Notes under the pieces: generated by a model
The model's database searches: none
Told to the model about the DNA's origin: nothing
Seen by the model: only the letters and a program-made list of their open reading frames with translations
Position numbers and translations under genes: made by a program
Shown here: positions 24,380 to 32,000 of the stretch, piece after piece
Position numbering within the stretch: the first letter of the stretch is position 1
Layout: each line of letters begins with the position of its first letter
NCBI RefSeq assembly: GCF_003231495.1
Contig: NZ_PQWO01000005.1
Coordinates: forward strand, 90,001-122,000
Direction: 5' to 3'
DNA length: 32,000 nucleotides
Source of the DNA: Acaryochloris thomasi RCC1774
GTDB taxonomy: Bacteria; Cyanobacteriota; Cyanobacteriia; Thermosynechococcales; Thermosynechococcaceae

Positions 24380-26239
24380 ATGTATACTTTTCTTTTCGTC
24401 CAAAATCCTAAAGGTAAGAGTTCAGAAGCGGAACTCAAACGCTGGGCAAATCTAACAAAGAAATGGATGCCATCTTTAGACACCTCTCTTACGAAAAGGG
24501 TCTGCTGGCTACCTGATGTTAGTGCTGGTTGGTTTTATTTACAGCCAACAGTTGACGTTAAGTACCCAATAATGAGTGATGTCATCAATGAACACTATGC
24601 GGTCCTTGCTTTCGGAGTCGTCTTACCAACATCTTGCAGCACAGCTCAACACATTCTCAACGCCTGGCTGATAGGTAGAGCAAAGGGTGTACAGGCCTTG
24701 GAAGGGAGCTTTTCAGCCGTTATCATCAATCGAGCAACAGGTGCTGTTGTCTGGATGGGTGACATCATGGGTCGGCGCCGACTCAGATACCACTATGCCC
24801 GCACCAGAGGAACGTTACTCATTTCTCCCCATGATGTCTCTCTAGTCGCCACTGGCAAGGTGCCGGTAGAGTTTGATGATATTAGTGCAGCTAGCATCGC
24901 TGTTGTTAAGTGGTCTTTAGGCGGCAAAAGCTTATTGAGTTCCGTTCAAAGCTGTCATCCGTCGGAATATATCCACTACTCAGAAGGGCACATCAGCTCA
25001 CATTCACTACCGCTCATCAATCCCGATGAACGAATTTCATCCCGTGATATTAAAGGAATTAAGCGGCATCGAGATCAGCTCATTGAGACTGCACGCTCTC
25101 ACTTGAAACCACTAGTCAGTGAGCCTGAAATTAAAGCTTCACTAACGGCTGGCCTAGATAGCAGAGCCATGTTGAGCTTACTAATTTCGGTTGTCGATCC
25201 CAAAAAAATCACAACTTTTACCAGCGGTCAGCCAAATTGTCTTGATGTTCAGATAGCTCAAAAATTAGCGCATATAGCAGGAGTTAAACATAATGTTATG
25301 TCTCCTGAAAAACATAATGAGAATCTTATCAATTATGCTGATCTGCTGGCCTTCTATTTCAATGGAGATGCAACCAGTAAAGTCGGTCTTATTAGTCCGC
25401 TACCCAACTTTCAGCCTAATAACCAACCCCACTTAGGTGGTTTGGCTGCAGAAATCTTTCGAGGCTTTTCTTATCGAAAATGTCTTTTCCCAAATCTACG
25501 ACCTCTAGCGCTCCATAGTGTTGTGGGAATGCTCGCTGGTGAAAGAGTCAGCAGTCATCATTTGCCATGGGACTCTTCAGAACTTGAGAATGCTGTTCAC
25601 AGAAGATTAGAAGGCCTTATCAGACACTATTCAACAGTGACGACAGATGGATATGACATACTCGATCTATTCAATATTTATGAGGTGAGTGGTGTCTGGG
25701 GAGCAAGACAGCAAAACCCCTGGAATCCGAGCCCCAAATGGAGTCCCTTCTCCAGTCGCCAGTTACTCAAGCTTGCCCTGAGACTACCGGCTCCAATGGG
25801 CTACCATGCACGGATTCACCAGGAAGCCATTCGTCGATACTTGCCCGAAGCTTATTGGATGGCCGTCAATGGTCAAACGCTGCCAGCTCTTCGCAGTAGT
25901 GAGCTAATCGCTAGCTACAGGAAAAAGTATCAACGCGGTTTACGGCGTCTGGGGCTATGGAGAGAAAGCGTTGCGGCTAATGCTTATACGCCTCGAGATT
26001 TACAAGCGTCTGCCTTAGCTGGTCCTGTAAGACAGACTGTCTGCGATCTGCTTTTAGATCGTGATAGCTTCAGTCGAAAAATTTTTAGTCAAGCCCATCT
26101 GGAAGCATTACTGATGCAAGAACAATTTCCAACGAGGATTGTTGACACAATAGGATCGATGGTGACGATGGAGCGGTGGCATCGACTCATGCAGGGGGTA
26201 CGGCAAGAGGCTCAAGGTTTACACGTTACATTACGATAG
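24380..26239 (+). CDS. Asparagine-synthase-like PP-loop ATP-pyrophosphatase family protein lacking the N-terminal Cys nucleophile
   Basis: 619 aa. It begins MYTFLF (no MCG), and an in-frame TAA lies just upstream. There is an AsnB-like N-domain remnant (EGSFSAVIINRATGAVVWMGDIMGRRRLRY) and a PP-loop-like SLTAGLDSRAML (nt 25139-25174). No HIP1. Confidence 0.8.
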   Translation: MYTFLFVQNPKGKSSEAELKRWANLTKKWMPSLDTSLTKRVCWLPDVSAGWFYLQPTVDVKYPIMSDVINEHYAVLAFGVVLPTSCSTAQHILNAWLIGRAKGVQALEGSFSAVIINRATGAVVWMGDIMGRRRLRYHYARTRGTLLISPHDVSLVATGKVPVEFDDISAASIAVVKWSLGGKSLLSSVQSCHPSEYIHYSEGHISSHSLPLINPDERISSRDIKGIKRHRDQLIETARSHLKPLVSEPEIKASLTAGLDSRAMLSLLISVVDPKKITTFTSGQPNCLDVQIAQKLAHIAGVKHNVMSPEKHNENLINYADLLAFYFNGDATSKVGLISPLPNFQPNNQPHLGGLAAEIFRGFSYRKCLFPNLRPLALHSVVGMLAGERVSSHHLPWDSSELENAVHRRLEGLIRHYSTVTTDGYDILDLFNIYEVSGVWGARQQNPWNPSPKWSPFSSRQLLKLALRLPAPMGYHARIHQEAIRRYLPEAYWMAVNGQTLPALRSSELIASYRKKYQRGLRRLGLWRESVAANAYTPRDLQASALAGPVRQTVCDLLLDRDSFSRKIFSQAHLEALLMQEQFPTRIVDTIGSMVTMERWHRLMQGVRQEAQGLHVTLR

Positions 26240-26845
26240 AATCGACAGATATTGATTAACTTGCCTGGGCTGAGAATAAGCAAAGGGCATTGTTCAGGCA
26301 TGCAAGACAGTTAGTCACAGATGACCTAGCCGTATCCTACGGCACCAGTCTTCGTGCCAAAAACTACTCAAAAAAATACTACAGTAGAGACCCTAGAAAA
26401 GCGGAAAATGCAAGATCTTTTTCGGCTGGATCTGACCGACAGTATAAACTTTGAGTTTCAGCAGTAAGCGAACGAAGCGTGTGCTACTTGAAACAGAAAT
26501 TATTACAAGTACTATGACCTCTCAAGCACAGGTCAAAATACACAAAGTATGATAAAAACTTGGCATATACTATTCGACAGCATAATATATGCACGGTACT
26601 ATGTGCACCTCAATCCAAATAAACATAGATCTGCTCAAGATCCTATTTTTATTGGGACAGAGATGCTAACGCTGTAAACCTATCTCACCTTCATGATATG
26701 AGGAGACTTGGCTTCCAGGCGGAAAGTATGCAGCACTTAGATAGGAATAAAAATGAAGGGTTAAGGGCTTAGTAATCTAGCTCTATAAACTTTAGAGAAA
26801 ACGGAAACAGGAATTAATCAATCTCCGATAGGTAGGAATTAAAAA

Positions 26846-29035
26846 ATGAAGGGAAAAATATTATTATTAACAGCAATAAGTATTCAGATTTTCTTCCTTG
26901 CTTTCACAGAAGAATCAAAAGCTCACGCTCCACATGATGTAATTTCAGATATATATATTTCTCCTGAATTTGAGACTAACAAAGTTCTACTTTCAGTAAT
27001 TAGAGGAATTCTTTTAAGATCTACTGATGAAGGCAAGACATGGAAAAAAATTGTACAGGGCTTACCCAGCTCATATCGACTCAATGAACTAGACAGCTCT
27101 CCAAAAGATAGTAATACTATTTATCTTTCATCAGAAGGTAACGGCATATATAAATCGGTAGACTATGGGCTGTCGTGGAAAAACACCAGCAGAAATCTAC
27201 AAGACAAAAAAATTGGCACTATCAAAGCTTCACCTACTTCATCTCAAGAAGTTATAGCATCTGGGCAAGCAGGTGGAGTTTATATAACAACAGATGGAGG
27301 GGGAAGTTGGAAACAGGTAATTTCAGAAAAAATAAAGATTAACGCCATAGAATTTTTCGAAGAGAAAGTCTTATTAGGCGGGCAAGACGGCAGATTGCAT
27401 ATACTCAAAAATAATCGAAAAGATACGGAAACAGTAGAAATAAAAGGCGGATGCCAAATAAGCTCCATAGCAGCTAATAAAAATTCTTCTGCATCTCCAC
27501 TGTTATTTTTAGGAACCAATAACTGCGGCCTATTTTATTCCAATACTGATCTATCATCATTTCAGAAAGCTGAAGATAAATTCCTAGATGAACCTATCAA
27601 ATCAATTCAATTTTCTCCTGATTTCAGTGTCGACTCCAAAATCTATCTTTCCACTACTGGTAAAGGCGCTTTTTGCTTCATAAAGGATGAGGAAAATTGG
27701 GAAGAGTGTAGCAATGGTCTTACAAAAGATAAGCAAGCTGAAAAATATAAAGAGCCACACTTCACAAAACTAGCAATATCACCTTCTTTTAGCAAAGATA
27801 GAACTATTTTTCTTGAAGGATTTAATGGCTTATTTAAATCTGAGAATGCAGGAGAATCATGGTCTGAAGTTGACACGCTTTCGCCTGAAATTATCGTTGG
27901 TTTAGATGTCTCGCCAAACTATAAAAATGATTCAACAGCAGCTGTTTCAACATATCTGGGTGGAGCATATTTGACAAATAATTCAGGGATGGATTGGTCT
28001 CCGATCAATAACGGGATACTATCCTTTGCAAGGTTATTTGAAAAAGATCAAATAGAACGTATTTTTTCAATAAAATTTTCACCCAACTACATTAAAGATA
28101 GGACAATTTTTTCTTCGTCTTGGTGGGATTTTCTAAGATTCAAAAGTAGCAATAAAATTTGGGTAAGAGTTCCAGGAAAGAAAGAGAATATTGCAGTAAC
28201 GATTGATTTTTCTCCAGACTATGATGAAGATCAAACTCTATATACTGGATCAGATAGAGGACACATTTTTAAGTCGCAAGATGGAGGGAAAAACTTTTCT
28301 AAAGTCAAAAGTTTTAAAGGAGAAATATCAAGTCTAAGTATTTCACCAAGCTTCAAATCTAATCGAAAAATTCTTGCAATTGTAAACAATAAATTGCACG
28401 AGACTTCAGATGCTGGAAAATCCTGGAAAGAAGTTAATTTTTTTAGTGAACTCTTTGTTAGAAGTGCAGAAATATTGACTGATAGTTCGTCAGGTATAAA
28501 GTCTATAGTTGCGACTAATGAAGGGATCTATTCTCAGTCAACATCAGAAGAGTCGTGGGAAAAATTTAGCGATGAAAATGTCGATCAGTACATCGAAGCA
28601 TTGGCAGTTTCCCCTAATTTTAAAAATGACGAAATACTGCTTGTTAGCGTCAGCGGTAAAGGTTTATTCAAGAGCAATAATGGGGGAGAAATATTTTATG
28701 AAGTCGGAAGAGAACTTATAAAAAATAACCACCTTTTATCAAACTTCAGCAGCAGCTCTAACGTCACTTCTCAACCAATAAAGTTTTCACCTACATTTTC
28801 TGAAGATAATACAGTTTATGGATATTCTGATAAAAGCACCTTTAGGTCAGTTGACGGTGGTGAAACCTGGGAAGAAGTTGGTGTTCCTAAATTAAATAAA
28901 AATAAATTTTTGCTGTATACTACGATGAGTTTCAGAAAATATATTTTATACTTTCTAGCTGCATTTCTCGTAATTATTTTTATTACTATAAAAGCAAGAA
29001 AAAGATCCATAAGTGAGAATCACAAGGCATCCTAA
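26846..29035 (+). CDS. BNR/Asp-box repeat beta-propeller protein (Ycf48/GH74/sortilin-like) with a signal peptide and a C-terminal TM anchor
   Basis: 729 aa. Signal MKGKILLLTAISIQIFFLAFTEESKA. About 14 S-x-D-x-G-x-(S/T)-W-type boxes (STDEGKTW, SVDYGLSW, TTDGGGSW, SENAGESW, SQDGGKNF, TSDAGKSW, SVDGGETW and others) alternate with SP(N/D/S)F..D.T(I/L)(F/Y) strands. C-terminal YILYFLAAFLVIIFITIKARKR. Sampled lines count about 35% G+C. Confidence 0.8.
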   Translation: MKGKILLLTAISIQIFFLAFTEESKAHAPHDVISDIYISPEFETNKVLLSVIRGILLRSTDEGKTWKKIVQGLPSSYRLNELDSSPKDSNTIYLSSEGNGIYKSVDYGLSWKNTSRNLQDKKIGTIKASPTSSQEVIASGQAGGVYITTDGGGSWKQVISEKIKINAIEFFEEKVLLGGQDGRLHILKNNRKDTETVEIKGGCQISSIAANKNSSASPLLFLGTNNCGLFYSNTDLSSFQKAEDKFLDEPIKSIQFSPDFSVDSKIYLSTTGKGAFCFIKDEENWEECSNGLTKDKQAEKYKEPHFTKLAISPSFSKDRTIFLEGFNGLFKSENAGESWSEVDTLSPEIIVGLDVSPNYKNDSTAAVSTYLGGAYLTNNSGMDWSPINNGILSFARLFEKDQIERIFSIKFSPNYIKDRTIFSSSWWDFLRFKSSNKIWVRVPGKKENIAVTIDFSPDYDEDQTLYTGSDRGHIFKSQDGGKNFSKVKSFKGEISSLSISPSFKSNRKILAIVNNKLHETSDAGKSWKEVNFFSELFVRSAEILTDSSSGIKSIVATNEGIYSQSTSEESWEKFSDENVDQYIEALAVSPNFKNDEILLVSVSGKGLFKSNNGGEIFYEVGRELIKNNHLLSNFSSSSNVTSQPIKFSPTFSEDNTVYGYSDKSTFRSVDGGETWEEVGVPKLNKNKFLLYTTMSFRKYILYFLAAFLVIIFITIKARKRSISENHKAS

Positions 29036-29257
29036 AACCTCCTACTCTAGAAGAAAATTTAAATTCACTTTTGCATTTCTAGGTAAACTAAGTAAATTTA
29101 TTATTATGGATATTTAGTCTCTGAAAAACTTAGAGAAATCTAATTATAGCAACATGCGTATTGATTAAGGCATCTAAAGTTTTGAACATCACGTCTGTTA
29201 AAGAGGAGCTGTCCTAACTCAGCCGGGTACTGCTATGGTGTGAAATATTTCAACACA

Positions 29258-30142
29258 TCAATTCTTTAGTTCACTAAACTCAAATCCCCACTCTTTAACA
29301 TCAAACTTATAAACGTCTTGCAATCTTTTCATATCATCTTCAAGTTCAGAGTAAACCATTTCCTTTTGATAATCTGAAAGCCTGTATAAGCTTTCATCTA
29401 CTTGCTTTCCAACTATTTTCTTTATCTTTCTTCTGAGAGTTCTAAATCCATCATCAAATGGAATATTATGCTCAAGAAATCTAGCAGCTTTTTTAAAGAA
29501 ACTGCTGACTACAAGTTTTTCAGATCTTGAGTTATATACTTTATCTAACAGAGATGCACATTTTTTGCTGATCGACTCATCGAGATTTAAAAAATCAAAC
29601 ACTTTTAGTAAAGTAGCTTCTTTATCTGAAATCAATTCATCTAAAGACAGCATCAGTATATTATCGTTAGTAAAATAATTCGAGTATTTATTAACTTGAG
29701 TAAAATACTTGCTAGTAGAAATTAAATTTTTATGGATACTTTCTGTCTTCGAGAGTTTTTCAGTTGATTTCCATCCTTTGACCTGTCCATCAATATAAGT
29801 AGATTCAATTCTATCAAAAGGATTTCTCATAATATAGATGAAATGAAAATTCAAATCATGTTCTTTAGAGAATTCAGAAATTCTTTCAGCACAATCTGGA
29901 AAATGAGGCGTTTTCGTATATGTCGTTGATGCTTCTAAAGCCATTTTATGAATACTGGGATCATAGTCTACCCAAAGATTTTGATAATCTTCCATCTTAA
30001 ATGTGTCGTTAGTGCTAAAGAACTTAGGTTCTTTTTTGATGCACGAGCAAATTTCAGGATGTTTTGCAATATAGTTATATAAACTACTTGTTCCACATTT
30101 CATTGCCCCAATGATTATCACAAAATTTTTGATCATTATCAT
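29258..30142 (-). CDS. PAPS-dependent sulfotransferase
   Basis: 5'-PSB motif IIIGAMKCGTSSL and 3'-PB motif IMRNPFDRIES. I prefer ATG 30142, preceded by a canonical AAGGAG, to the track's TTG 30154. Sampled lines count about 33% G+C. Confidence 0.85.
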   Translation of the reverse strand: MIMIKNFVIIIGAMKCGTSSLYNYIAKHPEICSCIKKEPKFFSTNDTFKMEDYQNLWVDYDPSIHKMALEASTTYTKTPHFPDCAERISEFSKEHDLNFHFIYIMRNPFDRIESTYIDGQVKGWKSTEKLSKTESIHKNLISTSKYFTQVNKYSNYFTNDNILMLSLDELISDKEATLLKVFDFLNLDESISKKCASLLDKVYNSRSEKLVVSSFFKKAARFLEHNIPFDDGFRTLRRKIKKIVGKQVDESLYRLSDYQKEMVYSELEDDMKRLQDVYKFDVKEWGFEFSELKN

Positions 30143-30530
30143 CCGCTCCTTCAAATATTAAAACCTATTTATTTAATTTCTATAAGATTTATTTATTAAT
30201 TCAGTAAAAATTCTTAGCATCAGTTTATTTATTTTTCTGTTCTCAACACCTTTATTTTAAATTAAAAGAACTCTATTCAAGTGTGCTTATCGCTTTCATG
30301 ACCTCCTTTAGGATTTAAGATATTGAGACAAAATCAAATTTTTTTGATTTTGCAGAATGCTACTAATTTACTACATTCTCACAATTATTTTTGTAGACGG
30401 TAGTAGAAAAGCACCGCAGTGAAATCTCTACTACAGCCTACTAATAGCTCAGGCTAGCATTCTGAAGAGCTTATCAAAGTGGATATGGGATATGTGGCAT
30501 AATAATCCGGCAATTATCTAGCGGTATCTC

Positions 30531-31583
30531 ATGGCGCAGAGTAGTGTCGAGTCTCAGATTGTTTTGTCAGATGCCGTAGTTGAAGGGTCTAATGAACTCA
30601 ACCTCAAGCTACCGGATCCAGAAGATGAAATAATTTCTGATTTTGATTTTCAGCAACAGGTGAATGCAGCCTGGTTGGTTTGCGATCGCATCAATCTGCA
30701 GTCCGACATATGGCGAGGTCGCATTCTAAGGGCCGTGCGCGACCGCGAAAAACACAGCGGCGAAGGCCGGGGCACTGGTTTTCTGCACTGGCTGCAGGAG
30801 CAAGAGATCAGTAAAAGTCAGGCCTATAGCTGGATCGAACTGGCCAACAGCGCCGATACCCTGCTCGAAAACGGGCACCTAGAAGCCTCCGCCATTGACA
30901 ACTTCAGCAAGCGCGCCTTTGTGGAAACCGCCCAAGCCGCCCCCGAAGTGCAGCAGTTAATCAGCGAAACCGCCAACCAAGGGACCGCCATCACCCGCCG
31001 CGAAGTACAGCAGCTTACCGATGAGTGGGTCGGGATGACCTCAGACCTGGTTCCAGCAGAGATTAAAGCGAAAGCAGCCGATCAAACAATTCCCACTCGC
31101 TATTTAGCACCCTTTGTACGAGAGCTAGAGAAGCTGCCTGAGGTCCACCAGTCCGCCCTGCAGGAATCCCTGAGTGAAGATCCTGACATCGATACTCTCA
31201 AGCAGGTCACCAACGAAGCCAAGCAGTTGGCCAAATATTTGTCGGCCTCTACTGAAGTGCAGGCAATCACTGCCCACAGTATTGATTTAGAAGCCAGTCT
31301 AGAAGAAGCGCTGCGCCTTGGGTGTCTTAACTCAGCCGCTGATATGGTCAACCAGGCGGCCCAACTTGAACAGACAATTGCTAAACTTTATACGACTTGG
31401 CGGCGGATTCAGCGACTTTCGGGCAAAGTATACGCCGATAGTGGTGCCAGTACCCCCAACTTGCGATCGCTTGTGCAATCTTTAGAAGGTCTATGTGGCG
31501 AGGTACTAGAAATTGAGCTGGGTAGCCAATCTGCTCAGCCGATCACCGTTCGCCTGAAAATGCTCAACCCTGATGACGGTTAA
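30531..31583 (+). CDS. Hypothetical protein, DUF3102-like N-terminal region and helical acidic C-terminal region
   Basis: 350 aa. IWRGRILRAVRDRE...GTGFLHWLQEQEISKSQAYSWIELAN resembles DUF3102. HIP1 sites at 30682 and about 31463 indicate native composition. Confidence 0.55.
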   Translation: MAQSSVESQIVLSDAVVEGSNELNLKLPDPEDEIISDFDFQQQVNAAWLVCDRINLQSDIWRGRILRAVRDREKHSGEGRGTGFLHWLQEQEISKSQAYSWIELANSADTLLENGHLEASAIDNFSKRAFVETAQAAPEVQQLISETANQGTAITRREVQQLTDEWVGMTSDLVPAEIKAKAADQTIPTRYLAPFVRELEKLPEVHQSALQESLSEDPDIDTLKQVTNEAKQLAKYLSASTEVQAITAHSIDLEASLEEALRLGCLNSAADMVNQAAQLEQTIAKLYTTWRRIQRLSGKVYADSGASTPNLRSLVQSLEGLCGEVLEIELGSQSAQPITVRLKMLNPDDG

Positions 31584-31647
31584 ATTCCCCAAAGCTCTGC
31601 GGTCCTATCTTCCCAACTCAAGATCTCCTGTTCTGGGTTTTGGAATC

Positions 31648-32000
31648 ATGGACCTCTATATCTTGAAGGCATTAGCACTGCCTTTCTTGTTTGGTGTCGG
31701 GGCCTTCTTAGCTATCAGCCTCACCCTGGGCAGCCTCTTCGATCTGCTGCGTCAGGTCAGCGAGGAGGGCCTTGGCCTCACCATTGCCCTTCAGATTCTA
31801 GGCCTTCAGATTCCTAGCTTTTTAGTGTTAGCGCTACCGATGGCGACCCTGCTCGCCACCTTAACCGTTTATAACCAGCTCTCCCGCCGCAGTGAAATTA
31901 TCGCTCTACGGAACTGCGGCACCAGCATCTACCGACTGGTTGTGCCAGCACTATGCCTCAGCTTGCTGGTTACCTTGCTCACCTTTGCCCTCAGTGAACT
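31648..32000 (+). CDS. LptF/LptG (YjgP/YjgQ) family permease, 5' part only
   Basis: ATG at 31648. MDLYILKALALPFLFGVGAFLAISL...LQIPSFLVLALPMATLLATLTVYNQLSRRSEIIALRNCG is the typical LptF/G N-terminus. The ORF is open to the window end. Confidence 0.8.
   Translation, partial: MDLYILKALALPFLFGVGAFLAISLTLGSLFDLLRQVSEEGLGLTIALQILGLQIPSFLVLALPMATLLATLTVYNQLSRRSEIIALRNCGTSIYRLVVPALCLSLLVTLLTFALSE

Noticed and set aside
24380-26239. Lasso-peptide cyclase (McjC-like) biosynthetic cluster
   Set aside because: No transglutaminase-like leader protease, RRE/PqqD protein or ABC exporter is nearby. None of the adjacent mini-ORFs has the Thr at -2, the Gly/Ala/Ser/Cys at core position 1 and the Asp/Glu at core positions 7-9 needed for a lasso precursor.
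26300-26420. A transposase remnant on the minus strand (translation ...FWHEDWCRRIRLGH...) faintly resembling the first DDE motif region of IS630-type elements
   Set aside because: The similarity covers only a handful of residues and is interrupted by stops, and I found no terminal inverted repeats. It cannot be supported without a database search.
1-32000. CRISPR arrays, tRNA or rRNA genes, integrases and intact IS elements
   Set aside because: I scanned the intergenic regions for regularly spaced repeats, tRNA T-arm signatures (GGTTCGAATCC-like) and transposase-like ORFs and found none. The only regular repeats are codon-level (RTX, TPR/HIP1, Asp-box).

Overview
This is a cyanobacterial chromosomal window. 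HIP1 palindromes (GCGATCGC) occur through most genes and psbA is present. Sampled 60-nt lines in ordinary genes count about 55% G+C.

Gene order:
- Two CheY-type response regulators.
- A DevB/DevC (MacA/MacB)-like adaptor and permease pair with no ATPase gene, next to a PAP2/vanadium-haloperoxidase-like protein carrying C-terminal RTX repeats.
- A TPR protein and an S51 peptidase-E-like protein.
- VapBC and HicBA toxin-antitoxin pairs plus an orphan gene.
- psbA, and a small membrane-protein gene whose promoter carries RpaB/HLR1-like repeats.
- A ykkC guanidine-I riboswitch driving a six-gene minus-strand operon: agmatinase-family guanidine hydrolase gdmH, hypA/ghaA, hypB/ghaB, and a NitT/TauT-type ABC importer.
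- A GH1 beta-glucosidase, a large radical-SAM/DUF2344 fusion, a TM2 protein and a YlxR-like protein.
- An AT-rich, HIP1-free stretch of about 6.5 kb. It encodes a Cys-less asparagine-synthase-like enzyme, a membrane-anchored protein with about 14 Asp-boxes, and a sulfotransferase.
- A DUF3102-like protein and the 5' end of an LptF/LptG permease.

Most noteworthy:
1. The riboswitch-controlled guanidine operon, whose catalytic gene is split by a 1-nt frame shift exactly at an A-AAG site.
2. The compositionally foreign three-gene island. I cannot assign it a function, and it is the best candidate here for something undescribed.
3. The haloperoxidase-RTX fusion beside an ATPase-less DevBC pair.
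4. HLR1-type phased repeats over two promoters, and an unusually substituted D1.

I saw no CRISPR array, tRNA, rRNA or intact transposase.
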